A DNA stretch of 64,000 bases from a virus (taxonomy: Duplodnaviria; Caudoviricetes). Where the stretch lies: positions 128,001 through 192,000 of IMG/VR virus record IMGVR_UViG_3300014203_000001; one strand, 5' to 3'. Positions 50,585 to 61,475 of this stretch are shown here, in pieces (positions within the stretch are counted from its first letter, which is position 1; the number at the start of each line of letters is the position of its first letter). A model generated the notes under the pieces. It worked only from the letters and a program-made list of their open reading frames with translations. It did not search any database and had not been told where the DNA came from. The position numbers were made by a program, and so were the translations under genes.

Positions 50585-51122
50585 ACTTACAGACGTTCAC
50601 GGAATAAGTAGAGCTGAAAAGACAATTTATATTCAGGTGAATTCTAGCGAACAACATGAAGCGACAAAACTATTAGTAGATAATAATATATCTTATAAAA
50701 CATTTGATACTGCTAGTCATGCTTTTTGTGAAAAACTAGCAGAAGCGGAATTAAGAGGAATTGCCCAGTCTGAGGGGTTCACTGAAGACACACAAGATTT
50801 AATGGCTATATTTTATCGCGATCAGGTAGGAAAGGGTTTAACTGAAAATATAGGCTCTTTTATAGATAATGGATTAGTTTCTAATATAGCAACTGATATT
50901 TATTATGAAGATATAGTAGAAAGAGTTGAAGTGGGATCTGATGAGGCTTTAGAATTAGCTAAAAAATTAAAAGAGAACTTCGAAAAACAATATAATGAAG
51001 TAAAAGATAAAACTGGAAAAGAATTGGATATTACTACCAAAAGTATAACAGAAGTAATTCCTAATTGTCTTAGAAAAATTGAAGCTATATTATCTAAACC
51101 AGCTGAAAATTCTAAGGTGTAA
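50577..51122 (+). CDS. acidic early protein, paralog family B
   Basis: YIQV..L..NNISYKTF..A..AFCE..AE. Confidence 0.7.
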   Translation: MIKLTDVHGISRAEKTIYIQVNSSEQHEATKLLVDNNISYKTFDTASHAFCEKLAEAELRGIAQSEGFTEDTQDLMAIFYRDQVGKGLTENIGSFIDNGLVSNIATDIYYEDIVERVEVGSDEALELAKKLKENFEKQYNEVKDKTGKELDITTKSITEVIPNCLRKIEAILSKPAENSKV

Positions 51123-51219
51123 CATAAATAATATATAAAAGGTATTACACTCGTAATACCTTTATTTTTTATCTTCAAGAATATACAATGATACAATACG
51201 TAGTGTATAATTTTTGAGT

Positions 51220-51237
51220 TATATATTATATAACTGA
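51220..51237 (+). promoter_or_regulatory. early-type promoter
   Basis: TATATATTATA-TAAC-TGA. Confidence 0.7.
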
Positions 51238-51260
51238 GTAAAAATATTAGGAGGATTACA

Positions 51261-51521
51261 ATGAACGAATTAGTAAAATTATTAAATCAAATTGAGGCGG
51301 ATACCTCTATCGAGGATATCAAAACCTCAAAGGAAAATCCTTTAGTAAAGAAAGCCGTATCCGTGGCTAATAGAGTATTAGCAATACCACCAAAACCATC
51401 TGTAGAAATTATAATGAAAATGCAGAAAGCTGGATATGTAGTATATCCAGGGGAAAGAGATTCGTTCGGATGGGTAATCGGTTGTATAGAAACGAAGAAA
51501 GGTACTATTGTATTCGGATAA
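51261..51521 (+). CDS. small phage protein
   Basis: RBS AGGAGG; GERDSFGW..G.I.T.KG.IVFG. Confidence 0.7.
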   Translation: MNELVKLLNQIEADTSIEDIKTSKENPLVKKAVSVANRVLAIPPKPSVEIIMKMQKAGYVVYPGERDSFGWVIGCIETKKGTIVFG

Positions 51522-51528
51522 GGAGAGA

Positions 51529-51717
51529 ATGCAAATTTACATAAAGGTGTTGTTTTTATTGTTAATGATAGCTTTTACTATTGAAATGATATTGATACGA
51601 TTCATAATCTTTGCCATAAAAGATATATTCCATAAAAATAAAACTGAATGTACATATAAAGTATACACTTATAATAGAGAGTCTAAAGAAGACATCATCA
51701 AAATAAGTGATGAATAA
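51529..51717 (+). CDS. small membrane protein
   Basis: RBS AAGGAG; one TM segment. Confidence 0.55.
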   Translation: MQIYIKVLFLLLMIAFTIEMILIRFIIFAIKDIFHKNKTECTYKVYTYNRESKEDIIKISDE

Positions 51718-51729
51718 GGAGGTGATTAA

Positions 51730-52035
51730 ATGGGGAAATACACAATAAAATTTTCTAGTAACAATCCAGGATACCCAGGAATATATCTAACAAATAACAA
51801 TAAAAGATTAGAGTTCGATACTCTGGAAGAAGCTAAGAGAAATGCTGCATTGTATAGTAAAATTATCGATGATCTAGTTTCCGAGTATTACTATGGTAAT
51901 ACTAATGTGCTTAATAATGAAGCACTACATAATATATTAGTAGCTGCAGTGGTAAGCACTAATATAAAAGATGGGGTTATTAAGAAACACTACCACTTAA
52001 ATGCGTGTATATCAGATAAGAGAGTATGTGAATAG
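51730..52035 (+). CDS. hypothetical protein
   Basis: RBS AAGGAGGTG. Confidence 0.65.
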   Translation: MGKYTIKFSSNNPGYPGIYLTNNNKRLEFDTLEEAKRNAALYSKIIDDLVSEYYYGNTNVLNNEALHNILVAAVVSTNIKDGVIKKHYHLNACISDKRVCE

Positions 52036-52071
52036 CATACTCTCTATATTCTGTCTAAGGGGGAATTATAC

Positions 52072-52704
52072 ATGTACAAATTTAACAATACTAGTGTTGT
52101 CACGGCTGACGAAACGGTGCTATTATCGGTAGAGAAAGGAGAAAACAAACATAAGACATATGTGTTAAACAAAGACTTCGATGCCACAGATATTTATTTT
52201 GATGAGGAATATATTGATTTGTTGACTAAGCTGGTCAATGCTAGAAGAATGGATCTTCTAGAAAATATACTTCCTTTAAATGATAAATATCAATTTATGA
52301 AAGCTATAATAATATCAGGGAACGTTCCAGCTTTCATAAAATATAAGCATACTGAGTTTGAATGTATTGGTATGCGTAAGAAGTTAGACAATGCTATACT
52401 ATTTAGAATGGCATTTGAAAACGGATCTATTCCTATATTAAACTATTTATTTCATCCATCTCACAATGAGATAACAACTAAGCAGCTAGGTAATATCATA
52501 TTCAATATAGACTCTGAATGCAGTATCAAAAAATCTCTTCAGAGTTTAACTTGGCTAATGGATAATGGGCATATTCCTATAGATTTTAGATATAAAGATC
52601 AATCTGTATTGGAGTATTTACTCAAGTTACAATCCTATGATTACATAACAGACAAAGATTCTATAGATAGTATGACAAAATATATAAATAATAAAAGCAA
52701 CTAA
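52072..52704 (+). CDS. helical protein with degenerate ankyrin-like repeats
   Basis: LFRMAFENGSIPILNYLF, KAIIISGN, LTWLMDNG. Confidence 0.5.
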   Translation: MYKFNNTSVVTADETVLLSVEKGENKHKTYVLNKDFDATDIYFDEEYIDLLTKLVNARRMDLLENILPLNDKYQFMKAIIISGNVPAFIKYKHTEFECIGMRKKLDNAILFRMAFENGSIPILNYLFHPSHNEITTKQLGNIIFNIDSECSIKKSLQSLTWLMDNGHIPIDFRYKDQSVLEYLLKLQSYDYITDKDSIDSMTKYINNKSN

Positions 52705-52741
52705 ATAGGAGAGTATGCTAAATGCATACTCTCTTTATTTT

Positions 52742-55561
52742 TTATATATCATTAAGATTTTCAGTAGTTGTATTCCATGTAGATTTGGTAGGATACATAC
52801 TTTTCAGTTCAGATATTAATGGAGAACACCCAATAACGGTTAGATCATATCTTCTTTGAATATCTTTCTTAACTTTAAGAAGGTTATTTGAAATATCCAA
52901 TAATTCAGATTTAGCAACCTTCTTACCATTAACAAATACCATACATAGTTCTTTATTAAAGTTCCTATCTATGTTATCTAAACAGATATATCCAGATTTA
53001 GAAAGATATGCACATGCTCCGTTATCAATACCACCAATGTAAAAGAATGTAAAGGTTAGAGTTCTGGTTATAGAAGTAGATAAAGGAGATGATAAAGTAA
53101 CTTTTAAATTCTTATCGTCTATACTATATCTCTCTCTATCTAGATACATAGTTCCGCGTGTTAGGGTCATACGATTAGATAGATTTACAATACGATTAAA
53201 TGGAGTAGGAATATCTACAACCGTTTGATTAGCAGGAACTTCTACATGTATTTGTTTCTTTTCTATTAAAGAGAATCCACTATTATGAACAAACGTAAAC
53301 TTCATTATTCGTCCAGCTTTTAATACCTCTCCAGAGTTTATGATAATATTATCTCCCGATACTACGTATCTATCGTCCCCAAAGAATGTACTACCCATGG
53401 TTATAAAGAATTTCATGTCTTTATAATTTGGGAATGGATATGGTATAGCGAACGTTCCTTGACCTGTATATGTTATAGGAACCTCTACTTCTTGGAATTT
53501 TATTTTTTCTCTATTTAAAAGAGATACGTTTGTATTGACAACACCATTATCATCCCATATAGATTTGAAACACGGAAAAAGAAATAGTAGTTCTAATCCA
53601 GCTTCGATGTGCATTCCATCAGTAAATATTATATCTTCTCCATCTAGTATATATCTTGCTTTGTCGATATAAGTACTGCCTTTAATACAGAAGAAGCTAT
53701 CTATATTTCTAGGATAGTTGGCAAATGGATAAGGAACTCTAAATCTAGTTTGTCCAGTAGTATTAGCATTCACTTTTATACAATGAGTTAGAAGATCTTG
53801 ACTAACTCGAACTTTGTTTGTAATAGTAGGACCTACATAGAATACATCCACTCTATCTCCCGCTTTGAAGGTTCTCATTGTATATATAGCCCTTTTGGTT
53901 ATACTACTATTATTTAGAGAAGGAACTAAAACTCTATAAAATGCACTATTTATTAGCTTGCCGTTTACAAATACCATATATTTACTACCATTAAATCCAG
54001 TTCTGAATTTAGTAGAAAGTTCTAGCATGTTTGTATTAGTAGGTATACTATAGTTCTCATATAACATCTGTCGTCTAGATCCTAAATATAGCTGAGCCTC
54101 TAGGTATCTAGGATTGGAAAGAACTATATTACTATTAGCATCTATACTATAGTTTATAGGGAATAGATTTTGTTCTCCTCTGCATGCGCTGTATACAATA
54201 AGATCTTCTCTAGGAATACCACAATCTTTTATATTAAGATAATCACTATCAGCCTTATGTGATAGATCTAATTTAATAAGAGTATTGTTAATATTTCTAA
54301 AGTATACTATCTCAAACGTACCAGTGCTTCCGTTTGGTAATTGTATATTGAACGAATTTTGATCATATACTGTATCTTTGTAGTAACTGGGAACCATTCC
54401 ATTATGAAAGAATATGGGGAACGATTCGCTGTCATCTCCACTATACACATCTTTCAGCATTGTTAATGTATTATTAACCAAATACCTTTTATCTAGAGCT
54501 GATATGTCATACTCTATGATATTTACCTGTTTATTATCCTCGAATATCTTATCTAGCTTATTCTCATCTTCTCTAAATACATAGTTCAAACTATTAGAAA
54601 TATTAGAAGGGTAATCTAGAGATTTAATATGTGTAAAATCAAACTTATCTAAGATTAGATTTCGTACATCGCCAGAAGATCCATTTATTATTTCTTTCTC
54701 AAATCTTTCATTTAACCCTCTTGTATTATTGCTTTCGTTTAGATTAGACAAACTACTATATATACAGCATAAATAATATTTTGTATTAGGTTGAGATGTA
54801 GTTAAGAGATTATTATTTTTTATATCGATAACAAGATCCTTATCTAGCTCCCCAATAGAATTGAATGCAATAATATTGTCTCTATTTAGTAATACTTTAT
54901 ATGATATATTCATATCAAAGTTTACATAACTATTTTCAGAGAAAGAATATGTTTGTGTATTATCATCTTCTGGATATACAAATATGGAAGAACCATAACC
55001 ATATGTACCATCTTTACGAAACCTAAACATGGTCCGCTTATCAGCTAACTCATCTTCATCTTCACCATAAATGATCTGAAATGGTATGGATAATATCTGT
55101 ACATCGGTTACAGGAATATCTTTATCCATATCAGAAATAAGAAGTGATATATTAAAATCACTTCTTACTATAGTTATTCTAGACCAAGCAATATGAACTT
55201 TATTAACAAACAAAAGGAATGGTTGCAATATTCCATTATCATATCCATCTTTCATCTTTGTATAAAAGAATCTTCCTCCATCTTCGTTTAAGAATATATT
55301 ATTCACTATGCCATTTACATGAATACAAGTCTCAAAGTAATCTCTAGATACCACATATGCATTATCTTTAAAATAGGTATCTGTTTTATTCCATGTTAAA
55401 TCTAAAAATTGTGGTATCAATCCCTTCTGTAGATTAGACACTGCTGTTCTTGTATTACATCGTTTCCACTCAATAAGCTTATTGATATTCTCCTGCTGTG
55501 AATACTCCTTCTCTGGTTTTTCTACATAGACATCTGTATCATCTATAGAAAAGTCTACCAT
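52742..55561 (-). CDS. large virion structural protein with beta-rich repeats
   Basis: F.(V/I)PYPF.NY...FF...GST.....RY...G..I repeats as in 5837..9907; VFVNGK motifs. Confidence 0.7.
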   Translation of the reverse strand: MVDFSIDDTDVYVEKPEKEYSQQENINKLIEWKRCNTRTAVSNLQKGLIPQFLDLTWNKTDTYFKDNAYVVSRDYFETCIHVNGIVNNIFLNEDGGRFFYTKMKDGYDNGILQPFLLFVNKVHIAWSRITIVRSDFNISLLISDMDKDIPVTDVQILSIPFQIIYGEDEDELADKRTMFRFRKDGTYGYGSSIFVYPEDDNTQTYSFSENSYVNFDMNISYKVLLNRDNIIAFNSIGELDKDLVIDIKNNNLLTTSQPNTKYYLCCIYSSLSNLNESNNTRGLNERFEKEIINGSSGDVRNLILDKFDFTHIKSLDYPSNISNSLNYVFREDENKLDKIFEDNKQVNIIEYDISALDKRYLVNNTLTMLKDVYSGDDSESFPIFFHNGMVPSYYKDTVYDQNSFNIQLPNGSTGTFEIVYFRNINNTLIKLDLSHKADSDYLNIKDCGIPREDLIVYSACRGEQNLFPINYSIDANSNIVLSNPRYLEAQLYLGSRRQMLYENYSIPTNTNMLELSTKFRTGFNGSKYMVFVNGKLINSAFYRVLVPSLNNSSITKRAIYTMRTFKAGDRVDVFYVGPTITNKVRVSQDLLTHCIKVNANTTGQTRFRVPYPFANYPRNIDSFFCIKGSTYIDKARYILDGEDIIFTDGMHIEAGLELLFLFPCFKSIWDDNGVVNTNVSLLNREKIKFQEVEVPITYTGQGTFAIPYPFPNYKDMKFFITMGSTFFGDDRYVVSGDNIIINSGEVLKAGRIMKFTFVHNSGFSLIEKKQIHVEVPANQTVVDIPTPFNRIVNLSNRMTLTRGTMYLDRERYSIDDKNLKVTLSSPLSTSITRTLTFTFFYIGGIDNGACAYLSKSGYICLDNIDRNFNKELCMVFVNGKKVAKSELLDISNNLLKVKKDIQRRYDLTVIGCSPLISELKSMYPTKSTWNTTTENLNDI

Positions 55562-55572
55562 TCGAGATCACC

Positions 55573-56517
55573 TCATATTCCAAGATCATAAATTACTGAT
55601 TTGGCATAGTCTATCATATATCTGCCACATACTTTATCTATCGTCTTTTGGTTATTTATATAAGCTCCTGTATAAGCATCAGTTAACATAGCAGAGAATG
55701 CTGGATAAAATTCCAACCCAAATGCTGTTCCTTCACCATATAGATACATCCATTTTTCTACAATTACATCTGCCGTAATACCTTCTATTTTGAATATCTC
55801 TCTAAGTAAAGCGCAAAACTCTTTAATATCTAAGAATGGGTTTTTATCATTCCTGGTAATAATAAAGTCATATGTATTTTCTTTCGTTTCCGTAATACCA
55901 GCAATCTTTCTAGAAAGATCTCTAATAGTAGTTTCGCTTTCTAGCATAAGAATATTAGTTAGATAATATCTAGCAGCCAAATATAAACATTTGTCTCTAG
56001 CCCCCTCTACAATACTAATCTTGCCAATATAATCTACTATATGAGTAAGCATAGAAGAAAAACAATTAGCCCCTAGCTCACGCAGTTTAGAGTTATTAAT
56101 TACCATTGTTGGTTTCAATGCATATATCATAGCTACTTCTGCATTGACTAAGTAAGATACAAGAACTCCTTCGTTTACTCTATAACCATTAGTATCTTGA
56201 GTAATGGCATTAGAACAATCAATAAATACTTTAACTGTATCTCTATCTTCTTTCGCATCTTTAGCACAAAATACTTTAAAAGATTTAGGTAATGGATGCG
56301 GAGGAATAATAAGCTGTGTATTCTTAGATGTAAGAACTTTAAGCAAACTGCTACTAACCCTAGTACGTTTTACTTCATATATCACATCTTCAAATTCTTT
56401 AGCCTCTTTATCTATTCTATCACTAACCATAATAGCCTCTGTTAAAACTGCATTGTATGCTGGGTGTTTCTTATAAAGGAAACAATCTGCGTAGGTTTTA
56501 TTAATTTTATTTATCAT
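55573..56517 (-). CDS. late hypothetical (probably virion) protein
   Basis: Start moved to 56517 (RBS AAAGGTGG); late promoter AACA-TATTAA-TA at 56544-56555. Confidence 0.65.
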   Translation of the reverse strand: MINKINKTYADCFLYKKHPAYNAVLTEAIMVSDRIDKEAKEFEDVIYEVKRTRVSSSLLKVLTSKNTQLIIPPHPLPKSFKVFCAKDAKEDRDTVKVFIDCSNAITQDTNGYRVNEGVLVSYLVNAEVAMIYALKPTMVINNSKLRELGANCFSSMLTHIVDYIGKISIVEGARDKCLYLAARYYLTNILMLESETTIRDLSRKIAGITETKENTYDFIITRNDKNPFLDIKEFCALLREIFKIEGITADVIVEKWMYLYGEGTAFGLEFYPAFSAMLTDAYTGAYINNQKTIDKVCGRYMIDYAKSVIYDLGI

Positions 56518-56631
56518 TTGTATTTCCACCTTTCGTCTAAGTTTATTAATATGTTTAGAGTAGGTATATTTAGACAACTTTTACAAAGTTAATTTGTTAA
56601 GGACTAATAAATAAGAAGGGGGAGAAGAAAA

Positions 56632-57327
56632 ATGAATATGGAATCTTTAAAAGATATAGATTTAGGAAAAATAAATAGCATGTATACATATAAAGGTAGA
56701 GTAATACCAAGGGTAACTAGTATCTTAAGTAAAATGATCCATGAAGATTATCTCTTATATTGGGCTAACTCTCTTGGGTTTAAAAGAAAAGGATATAAAC
56801 AAACTTTGGGAGAAGCTGCAGATTACGGCGCCAGAACCCACAAAGGTATAGAAGAATTCTTACAAGAAAAAGAAGTTCCTAACAATACTCCCACAAATCC
56901 AATTGAAGCATTTAAACGTTGGTGGAACATAGTAAATTCTACTAACAAGGTTAAAATATTAGGACAAGAAGTATCTTTAACATGTCCTTGGTTTGGTGGT
57001 ACATATGATCTTCTTATAGAGATAAACGGAGCTATATACTTAGTAGATTTTAAGACTAGTAATAGACTATCATACAAATACTGCTTACAGTTAGCAGCAT
57101 ATAATTATATGGTGAAATTCAATAATCTACCAAATATATCAGGAGTGATTGTACTTAGATTAAAGAAAGACATTCCAGATTTTGAAGAGCTTGTATTGGA
57201 TTTTACTAATCCTAATACTTTAGATTTCTTTAATATGTGCGAAAGAACTTATCTTTCTTTAGTGCATTCATATTACCATATATCAGAAGTAGAACGACGT
57301 TATAAGATAATAGGGGAGGAAGATTGA
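56632..57327 (+). CDS. Cas4-like PD-(D/E)XK exonuclease
   Basis: PRVTSIL, G...H..IE, GGTYDL..LVDFKTS, QLAAY. Confidence 0.85.
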   Translation: MNMESLKDIDLGKINSMYTYKGRVIPRVTSILSKMIHEDYLLYWANSLGFKRKGYKQTLGEAADYGARTHKGIEEFLQEKEVPNNTPTNPIEAFKRWWNIVNSTNKVKILGQEVSLTCPWFGGTYDLLIEINGAIYLVDFKTSNRLSYKYCLQLAAYNYMVKFNNLPNISGVIVLRLKKDIPDFEELVLDFTNPNTLDFFNMCERTYLSLVHSYYHISEVERRYKIIGEED

Positions 57328-57872
57328 TGTTCGTGCTTATCAAATTATTCAATGAAATATTATTAACTGTAGGAAAAAACCAAAGTGCTCTTAGGAGAGT
57401 ATTTATACTCCCATTTGTGTATCTTTGGTATATGATAAAAGTAAAATTATTGATAAAAATGTATATTGATAGACCTAACGATATACTAGACTTCAGATCT
57501 CTAATAATAGAATATGTCAATTTTCTAACCGTTATGAAAAATTTACCTCCAGCCCAAGGAGATATAAATAATATAATTCGGTATGATAATAGTAAGATAA
57601 CTGTTATATATGATGAGTATAACAATGCTAAATCTATAGACTATTATTTTAAAAAAAGTAGTGTATATAGCGATATTTCTATAAAAGTTACAGTGAATGA
57701 AAATAAATTGCTATATATAGAATTAGCAACAGAGCATGGTAGTACGTCTTTTAGTTATAATTCTCTTATAGATGCTAGGCTGATAGGGGTGAAGGATAAC
57801 ATAGAACGAATTGTAAGAACGGATATAGCCGCCAATACAGAGTATATTTTATTACATAAATGGAGGAGATAG
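57324..57872 (+). CDS. hypothetical protein
   Basis: Overlapping operon gene. Confidence 0.65.
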   Translation: MMFVLIKLFNEILLTVGKNQSALRRVFILPFVYLWYMIKVKLLIKMYIDRPNDILDFRSLIIEYVNFLTVMKNLPPAQGDINNIIRYDNSKITVIYDEYNNAKSIDYYFKKSSVYSDISIKVTVNENKLLYIELATEHGSTSFSYNSLIDARLIGVKDNIERIVRTDIAANTEYILLHKWRR

Positions 57873-57876
57873 AGAT

Positions 57877-58353
57877 ATGGAATTTGCAAACTTTGAATGG
57901 GCTAAGCGTAATGAATTTATTCAAATGCTCAACAATCCTATACCTAATATAGTAAAGAAGATGTGGTTTAAATATAAACTTAAGAAACGTCTAAAGTTAT
58001 TATCCCCAGGCTTTAATTGTATGGTGGATATAGCAGAGTTTTTGTATTACCTAGATCTTCTATATCTATTTGAGAATGATGCCGATATTAATGGTATCTC
58101 TGGAGTGCTGAAATCTAATCTGAAACAGTGTACAATTATAGTTAAACCTAATAAAGCCCAGACCATAAAGATAACACTAACGGCTCCAAACTATATTACT
58201 ATAGAGACAGCAAACAATGGTAAGCTTAGAAATAAGATATCGTTCGAAGATGGTGAAGCAGAAGTTGATACTATATATAGGCGCAAATTATTCCTAACAA
58301 TCATAGATTGTCTAATGGATTCATTTACGAAAGTTTTACTTAAATACATTTAA
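57877..58353 (+). CDS. hypothetical protein
   Basis: RBS GGAGGAG; terminator-like hairpin follows. Confidence 0.65.
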   Translation: MEFANFEWAKRNEFIQMLNNPIPNIVKKMWFKYKLKKRLKLLSPGFNCMVDIAEFLYYLDLLYLFENDADINGISGVLKSNLKQCTIIVKPNKAQTIKITLTAPNYITIETANNGKLRNKISFEDGEAEVDTIYRRKLFLTIIDCLMDSFTKVLLKYI

Positions 58354-58443
58354 ATTATATATGGGATAGAGAAATCTATCCCATATTCTTTTTGAAATAT
58401 GAGCCTACACTATTGTAATCGAACAAGAACGGAGGCAATCAAG

Positions 58444-59607
58444 ATGCTTACAGAGATAGCGACAAGGGTAAATACAGTGAATAAATTATTTGTGGAGGTA
58501 CATATTGCAGATTTACATTTCGGAGTTTTGAACCCATTATTACAATTTAATATACTCAGGGATCAGTTCTTAAACTACCTAGAAAATATGGCTATTATCG
58601 ACATAGTATCCATAAATGGAGATATATTCGAGCATAAGTTTATGGCTAATTCGGATGCTATTATGTATGCGTGTTATTTCATAGAAGCATTGGTTGATAT
58701 ATGTAGAAGAAAAGGCGCTACTCTTGTTATAGTCGATGGTACAACCTCACATGAAGGGGATCAGTTAAAATTATTCTATCCATACGTTGGAGTAGATAAA
58801 GGTGTAGACGTTAGAATAGTAGAAGAAGTACGATTTGAATATATTAAAGGTAAAAAGGTTCTAATCATACCAGAGATGTATGGTAAAGGTAAAGAATACT
58901 ATGAGAAGTTTCTATATCATAGTGGGATATATGATGCGGTTTATATGCATGGTACATTCAAAGGAACTATATATGGAAAAGACCAAGCAGATCTAGATTC
59001 GGATAGAGAACCAGTGTTCTCTATAGAACATTTCATCAATTGTGCAGGTCCTATTATGTCAGGGCACAGGCATACTCCAGGATGTTTTAGTACATATTTC
59101 TATTACTGTGGAACTCCAATTAGAGATAAGTTTGGAGAAGAAGAAGATAAAGGATTCATGATCCTAATACATAATACAGATTCGAGAGAACACTACGTTC
59201 ATTTCGAACCAATAGAGTCGTTTAGATATGATACTATTAACCTGGATGATATCATCGATAACGATCCTAAGGACGTTATATTTTACATAAAGAATCTACA
59301 GGCTAATGGGATACATAATATACGGGTACAACTTACAAAGAACAATGAAGATAATATAAATATACTTAAGTCTCACTTTAGAGGGAATTCTTCTATAAAA
59401 ATAGATGCTAACTTTAAGAATGAACAAGTAATAGAGAATATGAAAAGTCTAGATGCCAAATATAAAGAGAACCAATATGTCTATAACAAAGACCTATCAG
59501 AATATGATAAGCTAAGCAGATATATAAACCAAAACAAAGGCTATGTGTACATTACAGCTCAAGGATTAGAAGAATTTATTGCAAAAATTACAGACTCTAC
59601 ATTTTAA
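58444..59607 (+). CDS. SbcD/Mre11-like metallophosphoesterase nuclease
   Basis: HIADLHFG, NGDIF, GT.SHE, MHG, GHRH, YCGT. Confidence 0.85.
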   Translation: MLTEIATRVNTVNKLFVEVHIADLHFGVLNPLLQFNILRDQFLNYLENMAIIDIVSINGDIFEHKFMANSDAIMYACYFIEALVDICRRKGATLVIVDGTTSHEGDQLKLFYPYVGVDKGVDVRIVEEVRFEYIKGKKVLIIPEMYGKGKEYYEKFLYHSGIYDAVYMHGTFKGTIYGKDQADLDSDREPVFSIEHFINCAGPIMSGHRHTPGCFSTYFYYCGTPIRDKFGEEEDKGFMILIHNTDSREHYVHFEPIESFRYDTINLDDIIDNDPKDVIFYIKNLQANGIHNIRVQLTKNNEDNINILKSHFRGNSSIKIDANFKNEQVIENMKSLDAKYKENQYVYNKDLSEYDKLSRYINQNKGYVYITAQGLEEFIAKITDSTF

Positions 59608-59639
59608 GTAATAGAATAGAGAATAGGGGAGAGAATAGA

Positions 59640-61460
59640 ATGAATCTTAAAGATCGAAAGGCAAAATATGAACCAAAGAAAAAACCACCTGAAGGTATTA
59701 AATTTAACTTTGATTTGACTATGATGAATACATTCTGCTCATATTGTTTATCTGAGAACACTGCAGTACATAGGAATTCTCTTGTAAACCTAAATACTAT
59801 TTTTAGTAAAATAGACGAGGCTATGTTCGAAAGCAACCAAGAGCTTATTATTAGATTCAGATTCTGTAAAGCTGCATTACATACTAAACTAGAGAAGAAA
59901 GTAACTAAAAGAGAATATGTTCTTAGAGATATTTATGGTATGATAGGATCGCAATTCGAATCACTCGATCAAAACAATTTCCAAGAATTAGCAAATACTG
60001 AGATTTCTTGGGTTGAAGAGATGATATCATCTTGTATGGATATAACTTTCATAAATAACAAAGTATCAGATCTGCAATATACTTGCACAGAGTATAACGG
60101 GGCTAGCTATGCTAGTAAAATGGGCATTGTAAATAAATTGAAGACACAGATAAATGAGATACAGACTCAATTTAGAAGAAATGATATTGAGAAAGACGGA
60201 GAGAATGACACATTCAAATTATCCCAAGCAGGACCCGCCGTGTATGCTATATGTAATAAAAAGAATAGACCTTCTTATAAATTAGCCACTGGAATGCAAG
60301 GGTTTAATGATATACTTGCGGGAGGATTTGAGGGGGGTAGGGTATATTGTTTATTTGGTCTTCCTGGAGAGGGAAAAACTATCACTTTACTAAACTTATT
60401 ATTCCAGCTTAAGAAGTATAATAGAAATTATGTCTGTAAAGATAAAACAAAACGCCCATGTATCGTTCTGCTAACGATGGAAAACCAAACAGAAGAAGGT
60501 ATTCAAACTATGTTTAATATTGCCTGCTCATCTGAGGATCTTTCATCATACCCTCCAGAAGTAGCTCTTCAGTTAATGATGGCTAAAGAATTAGCTGTAA
60601 CAATGGATTCCCCTATAGATATCGTCATTAAGTACAAGCCAATCAATTCAGTAAATACCAACTACCTATATAAATTAACAGAAGATCTTGAGGATGAAGG
60701 ATACGAAGTTATCGCAATGCTTCAAGACTACATAAAACGAATCAAACCTATGGATGAAAACAAAGAAGAAAGATTTAGATTAGGTAATGTAATCAATGAC
60801 TTCAAAAACTTTGCTATATATAAAGAGATACCTGTTATCACCGCTTCCCAATTCAACCGAGAAGCTGCTAGAATAGTAGATGAGAGCCGTGGTAGTAATA
60901 AAAACGACCTAGTTAAGAAACTAGGCAGAGCCAATATTGGAGAGTCTTCATTGATTGATGAAAATCTAGATGCCACTATATTTATTACCCCTGAATGGGT
61001 AGGAAATCAAAAATATATGGGCTTCAAAATAAGTAAGCACCGATACAAAATGTTCACGAAAGTAGCCGCATTTTATCAACCATTCGAAGAAGGAAATGAA
61101 GTTAGACTTATGGAGGATGAAGGATTAACACGACCTCTATATAAAGAAAGTCTTGTTAGGGATGCAGACGAAATCAAGAAAACCTTCGGTGATACTATAC
61201 GCTTCTCAACAGTTAGAGAGATTAAGGACATAGAAGAGTTAGAAGCAAATGAAAGTAAGCTAATTACTAGCGGAACTGTATATGGGGAAAATAAACAAGC
61301 CGCATATACTACATATAAAGATCCTGTATATACGATTATAGCAGAAAGGGTGCCAATTCCACCTAAACCTGTATTAACTACTATTGTTGAAAGAGTACCT
61401 ATTCCTCAGCCTAAATTAACTATTATTGCAGAGAGGGTAAAGATACCAGGTGTAGCATAA
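59640..61460 (+). CDS. DnaB-like replicative helicase
   Basis: Walker A GLPGEGKT, TMEN, QDYI, ITASQFNR, ESS.IDENLD, K.R. Confidence 0.9.
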   Translation: MNLKDRKAKYEPKKKPPEGIKFNFDLTMMNTFCSYCLSENTAVHRNSLVNLNTIFSKIDEAMFESNQELIIRFRFCKAALHTKLEKKVTKREYVLRDIYGMIGSQFESLDQNNFQELANTEISWVEEMISSCMDITFINNKVSDLQYTCTEYNGASYASKMGIVNKLKTQINEIQTQFRRNDIEKDGENDTFKLSQAGPAVYAICNKKNRPSYKLATGMQGFNDILAGGFEGGRVYCLFGLPGEGKTITLLNLLFQLKKYNRNYVCKDKTKRPCIVLLTMENQTEEGIQTMFNIACSSEDLSSYPPEVALQLMMAKELAVTMDSPIDIVIKYKPINSVNTNYLYKLTEDLEDEGYEVIAMLQDYIKRIKPMDENKEERFRLGNVINDFKNFAIYKEIPVITASQFNREAARIVDESRGSNKNDLVKKLGRANIGESSLIDENLDATIFITPEWVGNQKYMGFKISKHRYKMFTKVAAFYQPFEEGNEVRLMEDEGLTRPLYKESLVRDADEIKKTFGDTIRFSTVREIKDIEELEANESKLITSGTVYGENKQAAYTTYKDPVYTIIAERVPIPPKPVLTTIVERVPIPQPKLTIIAERVKIPGVA

Positions 61461-61475
61461 CTACACCTGCGTATA

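Noticed and set aside
51229-51240. TnpB guide match to TATAACTGAGTA at an early promoter, and to ATACTAAATT near 36680
   Set aside because: Only 8-10 nt in very AT-rich DNA; expected by chance
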